A DNA stretch of 64,000 bases from Candidatus Marinacidobacterales bacterium (GCA_965237955.1 OZ250169.1:4480001-4544000), one strand, 5' to 3'; positions 27,648-39,642 are shown, counted from the stretch's first letter. Program-made: numbers and translations. Notes: a model not told the origin generated them from the letters alone.

Positions 27648-29048
27648 CTAGACGATGGGCGGCCGGTTTTCGCCCACACGGGTGGCGCGCTCGAACGCGT
27701 GCCCGAGCGCGAGCACGGAACGCTCGTGCCGGTAGCGCCCCACGATCTGAAGGCCCACCGGGAGGCCCTCGGGCGTGAATCCCGCGGGAACCGACATCGC
27801 AGGCAACGCTGTCAGGGAGATGAAGTAGCAGCTCTTCATCCAATCGATGTAGGACTCCATCGCGACGCCGTCGATCTCCTGCACCCATTCGGTTTCAATA
27901 TCGAAAGGCGCCACTTGCGTGACCGGCAACAGCAGGAACTCATAGCGATCCATGAAACGGCGTACGCGCTCGTAGAGCTCACCGCGCTCGCGCTGGGCTC
28001 GGGCGATCTCGGAGGCCGCGAGCGCGAGCCCTTTCTCGGTGTTCCAAACGACCGTCTCCTTCATGAGCGAGCGGTGGAGTTCGAGATGTTCAGTGTGTGC
28101 GATGGCGAAGCTATGCGCGCGCAACGTCTGGAAGATCTCCGGTGCGTTCCCGAAATCAGGGTGGGCTTCGTCGACCTCGCATCCGAGCTCGGCGAAACAC
28201 TCGACCGCCTCATCGAAGACAGCCGCAACTTGTTTCTCGACCGGGAAGCTTCCCAGGTCGCGACTGCAAGCGATTCGAACGCCGCCGAAATCGCGCCCGA
28301 GCGAACCACGAAAAATCTCACCTGGCTCTTCGCTCGACAACGGCGCACGGCGATCGGGACCGGCCATGACCGACAGCAGCAGGGCGGCGTCCTCGACGCT
28401 TCTCGCAATGGGTCCAAGCACGTCGAGTGCGTTCCATGGATCGATAGCGGGCCAACGCGGGATACGCCCGGGCGATGGACGGAGTCCGACGACGTTACAA
28501 AAGCTCGGCGGGTTTCGCAGCGAACCACCGAGATCGCTTCCATCGGCGAACGGTACCATGCCGCACGCGACGGCCACTGCAGCGCCCCCGCTACTGCCCC
28601 CGCACGTTTTTTCGAGATCGTAGGGGTTCCGCGTGCGCCCGAATACAGGGTTGAAGGTTTGTGAGCCCGCGCCGAATTCGGGCGTGTTGGTTTTTCCGAT
28701 GACGACAGCGCCGGCCGCGCGGAGCCGCTCGACGAAGAGCGCGTCTTGGTCAGGGACGTTGTTCTCGTAGATCGGCGAGCCAAAGGTCGTACGTAATCCT
28801 TTGGTAAGCTCGAGATCTTTGATTGCAATCGGAAGCCCATGAAGCACGCCGCCTTTGTCCGACAGGTCATCGAGCTCGCGCGCGCGGGCGCGCGCAGCCT
28901 CTTCGTCGAGCGTGACGATCGCGTTGACTTCTGGGTTCACGCGCTCGATTTGCCGTAGGTGCGCCTCGAGCACTTCGCTCGCCGAGAGCTCACGCGCGCG
29001 TAATCGGCCAGCCAGCTCGGTCGCAGATAAGAAGCACAGATCGGACAT
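27648..29048 (-). CDS. Amidase (amidase-signature family)
   Basis: GKTNTPEFG, GGSSGG, GSDLGGSLR. Confidence 0.93.
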   Translation of the reverse strand: MSDLCFLSATELAGRLRARELSASEVLEAHLRQIERVNPEVNAIVTLDEEAARARARELDDLSDKGGVLHGLPIAIKDLELTKGLRTTFGSPIYENNVPDQDALFVERLRAAGAVVIGKTNTPEFGAGSQTFNPVFGRTRNPYDLEKTCGGSSGGAAVAVACGMVPFADGSDLGGSLRNPPSFCNVVGLRPSPGRIPRWPAIDPWNALDVLGPIARSVEDAALLLSVMAGPDRRAPLSSEEPGEIFRGSLGRDFGGVRIACSRDLGSFPVEKQVAAVFDEAVECFAELGCEVDEAHPDFGNAPEIFQTLRAHSFAIAHTEHLELHRSLMKETVVWNTEKGLALAASEIARAQRERGELYERVRRFMDRYEFLLLPVTQVAPFDIETEWVQEIDGVAMESYIDWMKSCYFISLTALPAMSVPAGFTPEGLPVGLQIVGRYRHERSVLALGHAFERATRVGENRPPIV

Positions 29049-29098
29049 TGGTGGTACGGTAGATCGATTCAGCTTCCAAGCGCTAATCAGACTGGAGA

Positions 29099-29152
29099 CC
29101 CGCCTTCGCCTTTGGCTTCGGCGGGCCAGCCGAAGCTTCATGCGGAGGCTGG
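29099..29152. repeat. REP-like double hairpin
   Basis: CCCGCC...GGCGGG followed by CCAGCC...GGCTGG, between divergent genes. Confidence 0.55.
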
Positions 29153-29188
29153 CTAGCAACTGGGAGCTGCTCGTGTTAAACCTCACCG

Positions 29189-29563
29189 ATGAAACTCCTC
29201 ACGACCGCGCTGCTGGTGTGCGCCATTCCGGGAGCTAGCACCACGGAGCTCTTCGAGCTTCGCGGACGCGCAGCGACAATCATTGAGCAAGAAGACGCTC
29301 GAGACATCACGACGGAGCAGGCGCGACGCAAAGTCCAGCTACTCTTGAAAGACTTCGAGGCGTGGGCCGAAGCGCACGACGTCGAGCTCGAGCTCAGAAG
29401 TCGGTCCTACAGCTCATCGTCAGAAAGTGTCGACGATGCCATGACCGTCAATCGATGCCCGTTATTCTACGAAGACGACGTCGACGAGCTTTGCCTCATC
29501 GATTTGAAGCGTTCCGAAGTGTGGAGCACGTCGGTCCTGTTCTGCCGCTACCTTTGCGAATAG
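29189..29563 (+). CDS. Hypothetical secreted protein with Cys-rich C-terminus
   Basis: Signal-like N-terminus; 124 aa. Confidence 0.55.
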   Translation: MKLLTTALLVCAIPGASTTELFELRGRAATIIEQEDARDITTEQARRKVQLLLKDFEAWAEAHDVELELRSRSYSSSSESVDDAMTVNRCPLFYEDDVDELCLIDLKRSEVWSTSVLFCRYLCE

Positions 29564-29569
29564 CGGTCG

Positions 29570-30052
29570 ATGGCGAGCTCGTATCACGATTACGATCTCC
29601 ACGTGGTTCTCGTGGAGCCCGAAATCCACTGGAACACGGGGAACGCCGGAAGGACGGTCCTGGCGGCGGGCGCGATGCTGCACCTGGTGGAGCCGCTCGG
29701 GTTCTCGCTCGACGCGAAACAGGTTCGCCGCGCCGGGCTCGACTATTGGTCGAGGGTTCCCGCGAAACTTTGGCCAGATTGGCACGCGCTCGAGCGCGAG
29801 TTGCCCTCGATGGGGGAGCCCTTTTTCGTGTCTCCCGAAGCGGAGCGCACCATTTGGGACGCGCATTTTCCCGCGCGCTCGGTCCTCATCTTCGGCAGCG
29901 AGACCAAAGGTCTGCCGGAATCGCTCCGCGAGCAGCACCAGAAGCGGCAGTTCTCGATCCCGATGAAAGACCAAACCCTGCGCTCGCTGAATCTTTCGAC
30001 CGCCGTGGGCGTCGTGTTGTACGAGGTCCTACGGCAGCAACGGCGCTCGTAG
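29570..30052 (+). CDS. trmL: tRNA (cytidine(34)-2'-O)-methyltransferase
   Basis: EPEIHWNTGN, RRAGLDYW, FGSETKGLP, RSLNLS. Confidence 0.92.
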   Translation: MASSYHDYDLHVVLVEPEIHWNTGNAGRTVLAAGAMLHLVEPLGFSLDAKQVRRAGLDYWSRVPAKLWPDWHALERELPSMGEPFFVSPEAERTIWDAHFPARSVLIFGSETKGLPESLREQHQKRQFSIPMKDQTLRSLNLSTAVGVVLYEVLRQQRRS

Positions 30053-30070
30053 ATACGCTAAGATCCGGCT

Positions 30071-31663
30071 ATGCCCGGGGCGCGAGATTCCTATTTCACC
30101 ACCAGCTCGGGAAAATCGCTGAAAGGCGAGTACACCGAAGACGATCTCGCCGATTGGAACCCGGCGGAGTCACTCGGTCGCGCCGGCGATTCACCGTTCA
30201 CGCGCGGAAACCACGCCTCCGGCTACCGCGGGCGGTTGTGGACGATGCGCCAATACGCGGGCTACGCGACCGCGGCCGAATCGAATCGGCGCTATCGCTA
30301 TTTGCTCGAGCAGGGACAGAGCGGACTCTCGGTCGCGTTCGATCTCCCGACTCAGATCGGCTACGACTCCGACCACGCGATGGCTCAAGGGGAAGTGGGT
30401 CGCGTCGGCGTCACCATCGATTCGCTCGACGATATGGAGACTCTCTTCGACGGTATCCCGCTCGACAAAGTCTCGACGTCGATGACCATCAACGCCACCG
30501 CGAGCATCTTGCTCGCGCTCTACATGGCCGTGGGCCGCCGTCAAGGAGTCGCGGATGAAAACCTCTCGGGCACCGTCCAAAACGACATCCTCAAAGAGTA
30601 CATGGCCCGAGGAACGTACATCTATCCTCCCGGCCCGTCGATGCGGATCGCAACCGACGTCATCGCTTTTTGCCAAGACACGCTTCCCCGCTTCAACCCC
30701 ATCAGCATCAGCGGCTACCACATCCGCGAAGCGGGTGCGACGGCCGCACAAGAGCTCGCGTTCACGCTCGCCAATGGTCTTGCCTATGTCGAAGCCGCGG
30801 TTTCTGCCGGACTCGACGTGGACGAGTTCGGAGCGCGGCTATCGTTTTTCTTCAACTCCCACCAAAACTTTCTCGAGGAGATCGCAAAGTTTCGCGCCGC
30901 ACGCAGGCTCTGGGGAAAACTGCTTCGCGAGCGCTATCACTCGAGAAACCCTCGTGCGCAAATGCTGCGATTCCACACGCAAACGGCGGGCTCGACGCTG
31001 ACCGCGCAGCAGCCGGACGTGAACGTCGTGCGCACCACGTTGCAGGCGCTCGCCGCGGTCCTCGGCGGCACCCAATCGCTACACTGTAACGCTCTCGACG
31101 AAGCGCTCGGACTGCCCACCGAAGAGACAGCCGAGGTCGCGCTGCGCACGCAACAGGTCATCGCCTACGAAAGCGACGTGGCAGACACCATCGATCCCTT
31201 CGGCGGCTCATACGCGATGGAGTCGATGACCGATGCGATCGAGCACGAGGCGGAAGCGATCCTCGCCGAAATCGACCGTCGGGGCGGAGCGCTCGAAGCG
31301 ATCGAGGCCGGTTGGCCGCAAGGGGAAATCCGTGAGGCCGCTTATCGTTTTCAGAAAGACATGGAATCAGGTGAGCGTCTCGTCGTCGGGGTCAACGTTT
31401 TCGAAAAAGACGAGAAAGTGCCAGTCGAAGTGTTCTCGGTCGACGCGACCGTCGAGACGGATCAGGTCGCTCGCCTCGAAGCCGTGCGCGCACGTCGTGA
31501 TGCCTCGGCCGCCACGAAAGCGCTCGACGATGTCGAGCGCGCCGCCAAAACCGACGCCAACTTGATGCCCCCGATCCTGACCGCGGTATCGGCCTACGTC
31601 ACTTTGGGCGAAATCTCCGACCGTTTGCGCAAAGTGTTCGGAGAGTACCGTTCGAGCTGGTGA
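30071..31663 (+). CDS. Methylmalonyl-CoA mutase family, large (substrate-binding) subunit
   Basis: [35 protein letters not shown]. Confidence 0.95.
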   Translation: MPGARDSYFTTSSGKSLKGEYTEDDLADWNPAESLGRAGDSPFTRGNHASGYRGRLWTMRQYAGYATAAESNRRYRYLLEQGQSGLSVAFDLPTQIGYDSDHAMAQGEVGRVGVTIDSLDDMETLFDGIPLDKVSTSMTINATASILLALYMAVGRRQGVADENLSGTVQNDILKEYMARGTYIYPPGPSMRIATDVIAFCQDTLPRFNPISISGYHIREAGATAAQELAFTLANGLAYVEAAVSAGLDVDEFGARLSFFFNSHQNFLEEIAKFRAARRLWGKLLRERYHSRNPRAQMLRFHTQTAGSTLTAQQPDVNVVRTTLQALAAVLGGTQSLHCNALDEALGLPTEETAEVALRTQQVIAYESDVADTIDPFGGSYAMESMTDAIEHEAEAILAEIDRRGGALEAIEAGWPQGEIREAAYRFQKDMESGERLVVGVNVFEKDEKVPVEVFSVDATVETDQVARLEAVRARRDASAATKALDDVERAAKTDANLMPPILTAVSAYVTLGEISDRLRKVFGEYRSSW

Positions 31664-32670
31664 CACAAACGCTTCTCGAGATTCAAGGCTTGACGATGTC
31701 GCTCGCGACGGACACAGGAACGATCCGTCCGGTCAACGATGTCTCGATCAGCTTGAGCGCGGGAGAAACCCTCGCGGTCGGCGGCGAGTCGGGCTCGGGC
31801 AAGTCCATGCTTGCCTTTTCCATCATGCTTCTTCCGCCGCGCGCGGCGCGCTTCGAAGGCGGCCGTATCCTGTGGAAGGAACGTGACCTCTTGGAAATGC
31901 CTTCCGAATCGCTCCGCCGCATCCGCGGCAAAGAGATAGCACTCATTTTTCAGGAAGCCGGCTCCGCGCTGAATCCCGTACGGACGATCGGCTCTCAACT
32001 GATGGAGCCACTCCGGACACACCTCGGCTTGTCCCGAAAAGACGCGCGCGATCGATCCATCGAGCTTCTTCGCGAAGTGCAGATCCCCGAGCCCGAGCGG
32101 CGCGTTTCCGACTACCCGCACCAGCTCAGCGGCGGGATGAAACAACGCGTGCTCATCGCGATGGCGATCGCATGCGACCCCGAGCTCCTCATCGCCGACG
32201 AACCGACGACGGCGCTCGACGCGACGCTTCAAGCGCACATTCTCGAGCTCCTCGCTCGTCTCAAAGAGGATCGGAACTTGTCGCTTCTTCTGATCACGCA
32301 CGATCTCAGCCTGGTCAAAGAAAATACCGATCGTGTCGCGGTGATGTATGCGGGGCGGCTCGTCGAGCTCGGACCGTCGGACAGCATCCTCTCGAATCCC
32401 TCTCATCCGTACACGAGAGGGCTGTGGCAATCCCTCCCCAAGCCGCGCGGCGACAAGCCTGGAAAGGCCAAGCTCCACGCAATGACGGGCACGGTGCCCC
32501 ACCTCGCCACGCTCCCGGCCGGGTGCGCGTTCCAAGCTCGGTGTCCGGACCACTTCGATGCGTGCGACCAGGAAGTTCCCACCCTTCAAGACGTCGACGG
32601 CCATAGTACCCACCGTGCCGCGTGCTACCTGAACACTGCCGTGCTTGACGCGATGACGACGAAGGTATGA
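31660..32670 (+). CDS. oppD: Oligopeptide/dipeptide ABC transporter ATP-binding protein
   Basis: [30 protein letters not shown]-terminal Cys motif. Confidence 0.9.
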   Translation: MTQTLLEIQGLTMSLATDTGTIRPVNDVSISLSAGETLAVGGESGSGKSMLAFSIMLLPPRAARFEGGRILWKERDLLEMPSESLRRIRGKEIALIFQEAGSALNPVRTIGSQLMEPLRTHLGLSRKDARDRSIELLREVQIPEPERRVSDYPHQLSGGMKQRVLIAMAIACDPELLIADEPTTALDATLQAHILELLARLKEDRNLSLLLITHDLSLVKENTDRVAVMYAGRLVELGPSDSILSNPSHPYTRGLWQSLPKPRGDKPGKAKLHAMTGTVPHLATLPAGCAFQARCPDHFDACDQEVPTLQDVDGHSTHRAACYLNTAVLDAMTTKV

Positions 32671-32819
32671 GCCCCGTGAGGAACGAGCGAGAGACTCTCG
32701 TCTCCGCCAAGGAGCTGACGAAAGTCTTCCCCGCGCGGCGCGGGTTGTTCGCGCAACCTGCGGAAGACGGGGAGCTCTTGCGTTCCGTGCCCCTCGTGAA
32801 GCTGATCGAGGGAGGCTGA
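32667..32819 (+). pseudogene. Truncated second ABC ATPase (OppF-like N-terminus only)
   Basis: ATGA overlap with oppD; LVSAKELTKVFPARRGLF, then stops before Walker A. Confidence 0.7.
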
Positions 32820-32867
32820 CGTCTAACAGGAAGGCTGATTTCATGACCGTGCCGCCGACATCGGTGA

Positions 32868-33481
32868 ACCATCCACGCCGACCGTGGCAGCTCGATGCGA
32901 AGCAAGTCCGTAGCTATGCTCCTGGCTGACCTCGGCGTTACCAAGACCCACTCCAGACCTTACGTCTCGAACGATAACCCCTACTCCGAGTCCCAGTTCA
33001 AGACTCTGAAGTATTGCCCTCAGTTTCCGAGCCGTTTTGGTTCCATCGAAGACGGCCGGCTGTTCTGCGGCGGCTTCCTCGACTACTACAATCACGAACG
33101 CCGGCACTCGGGAATCGGCCTCATGACACCGGCCGCCGTTCACGATGGTCTCGCGGAACAGCTCACCACTGCCCGGCGCCAAATCCTCCTCGAAGCTCAT
33201 CGGGCTCATCCCGAACGCTTCGTTCGCGGAATGCCACAGCCCCCCGTTTTGCCTCCTCAGGCCTGGATCAACCCGCCGCCGGAGAAAACGACGCGCCAGG
33301 AGGCCGCCGGAGCCACTTTCTCGAGGTGGTCCACACCTGGGGTACCCCCGGATTCAGGCCAACGCGACCAGATCTCGCCGCACGCAGACGGTGACCGCCC
33401 CGGGCCCACGAGTCTTACTGCATTGATTGAGGCTCACTAAATGCAGTCCGCGGGTGTCTCAAAGTTGTTGACACGTTCCGC
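32868..33481 (+). mobile_element. IS3-family element, 3' half only
   Basis: TIHADRGSSM, SNDNPYSESQFKTLKY, YNHERRHSGI; end-like sequence TGTCTCAAAGTTGTTGACACGTTCCG. Confidence 0.8.
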
Positions 33482-33699
33482 TCGAAAACAACCCCAAGCG
33501 ATGCGCACAGATTGATTTGGCCATCCGCACACCTCTTGCTGTAGTCATCTATGCTGATGTCCTGGGCGTAGGTATTTCCCACGACTAGAAAACCCAAACC
33601 CACAACGATTGCTCTGATTAGCACCCTAGTAACGAGCAGAAGCCCAGTGAGTTTCGACTTCAGCTTAGATGTGAGACTCATGAGCGTCGTCGTCGTCAT
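33482..33699 (-). pseudogene. Secreted Sel1-like repeat protein truncated by the IS3 end
   Basis: Signal peptide, then CADGQINLCASLGVVFE, cut at the IS boundary. Confidence 0.45.
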
Positions 33700-33723
33700 G
33701 CGGTAGACATTGCCCCTCTGTTC

Positions 33724-34329
33724 TCACCTCGACGGACGAGACTCACCAGTCTTGGCGTGGACGACGATACGGAAGAACGTGAGGCGTTCTCGCCAAAGCT
33801 CGAACGGGATACTCGCGGTCATCTCGTCGTTGGAGATGTATCGACTTTCAATCTGGTGCTTCGGTCCCTTCCGGTCGTCGACGGAGGCGAAGACCTTGGC
33901 GCCCGGCTGGAATCCGTGGCCCCGCAACGTGCTCTCTTGGTTCGGGGGACCACCGGGGACGAGGAAGGGCATCGCAGCCGGCGAGTGGGAGGCGATCTCC
34001 GGCCAAATCGAGTCGTCATTTGACGCGAGCGGGTTCCAGTCTCCATCGAGGGGCTGATAGAGGATCTGTTCGGAGACGACGACGTTGTTCCGGTACGAGC
34101 GGACCTGGAACTCCAGGTTGCCGTAGATCTCTAGAAGATGGAGATTGTAGAGCATGACGAGCTCACGCTCCGAGCGGAAGACGGTAGTCTGCGGTGACAT
34201 GGAGGAGCTCAGATACGTTGCGAGAAACACGGACCCTAGTGGACGCTCGAGCGCTCTCCTAGGCCTGAATGGGAGAAACAACATCGCTACCCAGACGATC
34301 AGGGCTGCGATACTGAGAAAACGCTCCAT
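33724..34329 (-). CDS. Hypothetical protein with possible IPT/TIG-like C-terminal domain
   Basis: TLRGHGFQPGAKV...YISNDEMTASIP. Confidence 0.45.
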   Translation of the reverse strand: MERFLSIAALIVWVAMLFLPFRPRRALERPLGSVFLATYLSSSMSPQTTVFRSERELVMLYNLHLLEIYGNLEFQVRSYRNNVVVSEQILYQPLDGDWNPLASNDDSIWPEIASHSPAAMPFLVPGGPPNQESTLRGHGFQPGAKVFASVDDRKGPKHQIESRYISNDEMTASIPFELWRERLTFFRIVVHAKTGESRPSR

Positions 34330-34610
34330 CTTTCAATGATGCCATACGGTGAGGTCGACGACACGAGTGGTTGTGCTCCTATGGTCCGCAAAAACTCGAT
34401 CCGGCGTTGATTCCTTGACTTCGAGCTCCTTGTGGCCAAAAGACTCATCCGGCTTCCCGATGGCAAAACGGAGCAACGCGCGCCCTCGGTCTGATGTAAC
34501 TGTTCGCAGACGCCGATCTCAGGCCAAGGTGTATATTCTGGATAACCAAATCGGCTTTCGGTGACGACGTACCTAGAATTACGGATTAATAATGTGCCTC
34601 TCCTGCCATT

Positions 34611-35822
34611 TCAGTGGATCCTCTCGAGGGTGAGACCGCCACAGTTTAGGTAGACGAGACTGATGAGAGCTTCGGCAGAGTGGAGTCCAAAGCTGCGGTG
34701 GCTCAGCAGCCGGATTTTGTTGTTCATTCCTTCGAGTCGGCCGTTGCTGAGTCTCCACGTGACCCACGCGATGACGCCATCGAAGTGGCTGCTCATCTTC
34801 GCCGCGCGTTTGACGGGCTCTATCCTCGAGCTCATAGCGCGCCGCAGCCATCCTCGGAGAAACTTCTTGGCCCATGTCTCGGTTTTGTAGGTGTAGAGGT
34901 CCATGAAGTCGTCGCGCAGAAGCATGGCGCGGTAGAGGCGACGATTAGCTCGCACCTGCTCGCGGAGCACCCGTTTGTCTTTCGCGCTGCGGTTGTGTTT
35001 GGCCTTGAGAAGGGGAAACTTGGTGTTCTTGAGGTTGCGCCGGGCAGTCCCTTTGAGCTCGCGCACCAGCTCGCGCCGGGTCTTATCCACGGCCTCGTTC
35101 AGATGCTTGACGATGTGGAAGCGGTCAAAGATCACCCGTGCCTGAGGAGCCTTTTTGCCGACGACAGTTATGTACGGCTCCCACATGTCCATGCTGACCG
35201 CTTCGAGCTCCGCGGCTCTTTGTGGTCCGAGCTTGCGGAAAAACCGCAGCAGCGTCTTGGCCTTGCGCTCCTTTCCCGCCCAGACGACCCGGCCGCTGAG
35301 ATGGTCTATTACCACTGTTAAGTACTTGTGGCGTTTGCGGTAGCTGATCTCGTCCATCCCAATCACCCGCAATCCATCGAGCTCGCGCCGCTCATCCCGC
35401 TGCTCGGCAACCACTCGCTGGATGATCCGTCGCACCGAACGCCACGTCACTCGGAAATAGTTCGCTACGGCGCTGACGTCCGTCCTCTGTGCCAGCCACG
35501 CTACCTCTTGTTCGAAGCTTTTGGTAAAGCGGCTTCCCTTGTCTGCCCAAGGCACCTTTTCTCTGACCACTCCACACCGCCGACATACCACTCGTCGGAT
35601 CGAGTAGCGAAGATAGGTCCGGACTCCGAACAGGTCCAAGTGCCGCCAGTAGCGATTGTAGCGATCTTTGTTCTTGCGGACCTTTCGTCCGCAAATCCCG
35701 CACAGAGGCTTCCTCCTCCGTGGTACTACATCCACCACCACTCTGGCTTTGTCCGCCTGGAAGTGGAAACCTCGGACCCACAGGCCTTGCAATCCGATGA
35801 GCTTGTTGACTAACGTAGTAAC
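34611..35822 (-). mobile_element. ISL3-family transposase (start near MRVTTL, about 35828; element ends not resolved)
   Basis: CGIC/CRRC zinc finger, IGMDEISY, SMDMW, FDRFH, SNGRLEGMNNKI. Confidence 0.9.
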
Positions 35823-35954
35823 GCGCATCGCGGGAACGCTCTTTTCTCTTTCGGAAAAAAAGATTCTAGCGTTCTCGCCGATGCGCATCTACACATGGCT
35901 TACCCTCTCAACCCACGGGCCTCACCAAATGCCACTGCCCCTCAGCGGGAGACA

Positions 35955-36266
35955 AGGCTGTGGGAAACGCCCCCACGGTTCTGGTCGTTCAGACCTTGCT
36001 CACGACTGAGTTCTCTTCGAAGCCTGGAAGGGCGTTTTCCATAGCCTCCACTAATCGAGCCCCCCCTTCCTTATTCCATATGAATTAATCTTTCTTGTAT
36101 ATATATCAGGAGGGGCCTGTGGGCGCTCGTGGGAAACGCGAAGCGTTTTCCAAGCGATTGTGGAAAACGCCGCTCCACGTTTGTACGTGCTCACAACCTT
36201 TCCCTAAACGCCTCTCTCGCCCGGAGTTTCCGGCGTTTTCCACAATCGCGGCAGCGTCCATAGGCC
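35955..36266 (+). other. Highly structured non-coding element (long stem plus multibranch structure)
   Basis: 18-bp stem 35955-72/36030-47; outer stem 36114-27/36253-66; perfect 19-bp inner stem GCGATTGTGGAAAACGCCG/CGGCGTTTTCCACAATCGC; mismatches are G-U/G-T compatible on the + strand. Confidence 0.7.
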
Positions 36267-36580
36267 ATGCCCTCCAACACAAATCAGATCCCCCGAAACG
36301 ACAGGAGAACCAAAGCGGTTAAGTGAGAATCGTGCACCATAGAGACCTCGGAGACCTTCAGGGGCGAACGTTTCTGCGCGAGCCGTTCGGCTACGATTCT
36401 TTCGCTGGGATCGTGACAAAGGCGGGCTGGAGCGGTATAACCGCGCGTGCAACTGACGATCGGCGAGGGCTTATTTAAGAGGGATCAGGGTGACGCCGCT
36501 CGCAGCTGACCCGGGCCGTTAACCCGACAAGCATGAAGCAGCTTTCCGAACGGGGCTTAGCGCTGGTTGTACCAGACACC

Positions 36581-37667
36581 TGCCTTGGTGCACAACTCGC
36601 GATCTCGGTCCACAATTCTCCTGTACTCGCGGATTCGAGGTTCCCCATGAGCATTTTCAAACGCACTCAGCGTAAGTATGTGAAGAAGGCCTATCGCGTG
36701 AGGAATTGGCGTGAATATGAGGTGGGTCTACGCAACCGCGGGAGCCTGACCGTCTGGATCTCGCTCACCGCCGGCAAGCTTGTGAACTGGGACGCGCCCC
36801 GGCCGAGGAGGAGGAAACCGGGCCGTCAACGCAAGTACTCGAACCACGCCATCGAGACGGCTGTCACCCTGGGCATGGTGTTTCATCTGTCATCTAGGCA
36901 GAGCGAGGGATTGCTGCGATCGTTGTTCGCTCTGATGAAGCTAGACAATGATGTGCCCGATCACACCACGATCTCGAGGCGCAAGGCGAAGCTGGGTAAG
37001 GTCCCCTTCTACCAAGACAAGCAGAAGACGCCGTTGCACATCTTGATCGACAGCAGCGGTCTCGCTGTCCACGCCGGCCAGCTGCGCAGAGCACCAAAGA
37101 GCAGGGACTATCGCAAGCTCCATCTGTGTGTCGACGAGCAGAGTGGCGAAGTCGTCGCCGGCGAGCTGACGAGCAAAAGAGCCCGCGATTCATCGCGGGT
37201 TGCATCGCTTGTCGGACAGATCGACAGTCCCATCTCATCGGCCAGAGCTGACACCGCATACGACGCCGGCGGCGTCTATGAGGCAATCGAGAATCACAGC
37301 GCTCATCGCTCGCCGAGGGTGCTGATACCGCCGCGCAAGGGCGCCCAGCTCGCATCGGGGCCGGCGAGCAGCCGACAGCGCAATCGCAACATTGCAGCAC
37401 AAGCTCGGCTCGGCAAACGAAAGTGGCACACAGAATCGGGCTACAGCAAACGGAGCAAAGTCGAGACAACGTTCCATCGCTACAAGGCTATCGTGGGCTC
37501 AGCGATGCGAGCGAGAGGGTTGGCGGCACAGAGAGTCGAGGCAAGGATCGGGTGCAAGATTCTGAACACCATGACGGCGCTCGGGATGCCTGATAGCGAG
37601 ATGATCGGATGATGGGAGTCGGGGCCAAGCGAGCTATCGGCCTCTATCGGAGTTGTGCACCAAGGCA
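36581..37667 (+). mobile_element. IS5-family (IS903-like) element, 1087 bp; transposase 36647..37612
   Basis: Perfect 18-bp TIR TGCCTTGGTGCACAACTC; RGSLTVW, PDHTTISRR, IDSSGL, ADTAYD, GYSKRSKVET. Confidence 0.93.
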
Positions 37668-37797
37668 CCCTGCCGCTCCCGATGGCGCCGGGCAGCTCTC
37701 AGACCCAGGTAGATGCGCCCGAGATCGATCGCCACGCGCGGCAGGTGACTGAGCCCGATCAGTGATAACCGATCAAACTTGATGAATTATCCTCCGT

Positions 37798-39060
37798 TTA
37801 TCTTGATACGCCACACCAATCTAAGATGGAGGCAGCCAGAATCTTGGTCGCCATTATGACATCATCTACCAGCACCCACTCATTGTTGGCATGCATCTGT
37901 TCCGTCTTTCCCGGTCCGAAGATGACCGTCGGGGTTTGGCCAGGCAGGTTCAAGAATCGAATATCGGCCGCTCCCTCCCGGCCGGAGATTTCCGGTTCCT
38001 GCCCAGTTAACTCCCGAAACTTACGAGCTATTGTTTGGACAATTGGGCTGTTCACTGGTATTTCGGAAGGTACAGCAAAATACCCGGTAAAAACAATTTC
38101 CGGTGGATGTTCGGCCAGCCAAGGATCGGAGGCGACGCGTTCCCGGACAAAAGATGTGAATTCAGCTTTGACAGCATCGGAATCTTCCCCCGGCACCGTG
38201 GCAAGGCTACCTTTCAGAAGTGCAGTGTCGGGGAAGGCGCTGTTGTAACTGCCCGCCTCGAATGCACCCACCATGCAAGGAATCGCACACTTGATGTTCG
38301 GATAAAGTGGATGGCTTACTCTAGACATGCGGAGCTTTTCAAATTCGGCGACGGCTCGAAGCACGGGGTAAGCCTTTTCAATGCCATTGACACCTTCCCA
38401 CTGGCGCTGAATACCTGCTGCTTTGCCCCTAACCGTAATTTCAAACCAGATGCGCCCAATGGATGCTGGCTGGACCTTCATGCTGCTGGTCTCGCAGCAG
38501 ATTCCTGCGTCCGCCTTGTACCCTCGCATGACGCAATCTAGCGTGCCATTTCCACTAAGCTCTTCATCCACCACGTATTCCAGTATGACGTCGCCGGCCA
38601 GTTTGACACCAGAACGGACCACGGCTTCTACAGCCATAGTCATAGCAGCAACGCCCGCTTTCATGTCCGAAGTGCCACGGCCATAGATCCGGCCGTCAGC
38701 CAAATCTCCAGACCAGGGGTCGTGCTCCCAGGCTTCTTTCGCACCAGCGGGAATAACGTCAACGTGTCCATTTAACAATAGGGACCGGCCGCTGCTATTC
38801 CCCTTTAGGGTAGCGACCACGTTCGGGCGGCCTTCGTATCCGCGAGAAACTGGAACATAGGCAGGATGTTTCTTAAGAGCCTCCCAGTCCGGCTCGAATA
38901 CATCGACAGCAAGCCCCAAATCCGCCATCTTCTCGGCAATAAACTTCTGGATCTCCCCTTCGCTACCGGTCACGCTGGGATAAGCGATGAGTTGCTGCAA
39001 GAATATGATGACATCGTTCGACATCGAATCAACGGTATCCAAAACAGTTTCTTTCGTCAC
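37798..39060 (-). CDS. ArgE/DapE-family deacylase (M20)
   Basis: LNGHVDVIP, GRGTSDMKAG, VDEE, HANNE. Confidence 0.9.
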   Translation of the reverse strand: MTKETVLDTVDSMSNDVIIFLQQLIAYPSVTGSEGEIQKFIAEKMADLGLAVDVFEPDWEALKKHPAYVPVSRGYEGRPNVVATLKGNSSGRSLLLNGHVDVIPAGAKEAWEHDPWSGDLADGRIYGRGTSDMKAGVAAMTMAVEAVVRSGVKLAGDVILEYVVDEELSGNGTLDCVMRGYKADAGICCETSSMKVQPASIGRIWFEITVRGKAAGIQRQWEGVNGIEKAYPVLRAVAEFEKLRMSRVSHPLYPNIKCAIPCMVGAFEAGSYNSAFPDTALLKGSLATVPGEDSDAVKAEFTSFVRERVASDPWLAEHPPEIVFTGYFAVPSEIPVNSPIVQTIARKFRELTGQEPEISGREGAADIRFLNLPGQTPTVIFGPGKTEQMHANNEWVLVDDVIMATKILAASILDWCGVSR

Positions 39061-39529
39061 CTAACTACCTCAATCTTATGAGTCTCAGGATTCTTGTAAA
39101 TAATATATCAGGCGCTAATTGGTGTCAGTCGCAAAGCACAGACCAGGCAGATTGCCTTCATTGGCACAGAGGGAAGCTCCGTTTGACATTTGTGGACCTA
39201 AGAGTGGTGCTTCCGCCGTCCACTGTTGGCGATCCGTACGTATCCCCATGCGAGCAAAGCGATTATACCAAGTTTGAGGCAAGCTGGACTCGACAACGTC
39301 CAAATGGACTGTAAGCTATTGAACCGTTATGTCTGAAGACATCCCAGCAACACTTAATGACGGAAGCACCTCCGTTCGTGGACTGGCGCGCCCATGCGGC
39401 GATGGGCAATCGCTCGCTGGCCAGCGAGCAATATCGGAAGCTCCAGAACATCTGGAGTGGGTATTCTGTGCTGGGTCTGAAAGAGGTGTCGGACTATCTC
39501 ACTTCAACGGATGCCGAAGGTCAATAAAC

Positions 39530-39625
39530 TTTGGAGCTCGTTCGCGACGTCTCGACGCGAATGGATTTCGCGAAACTTCCGTTGATTGTCACGGACGGAT
39601 TCGGTCTCTACGGGAAGGTCTTGAT
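39530..39625 (+). pseudogene. Possible IS1-like transposase fragment
   Basis: LPLIVTDGFGLYGKV. Confidence 0.35.
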
Positions 39626-39642
39626 GGCGGAAGCACCGTCGA

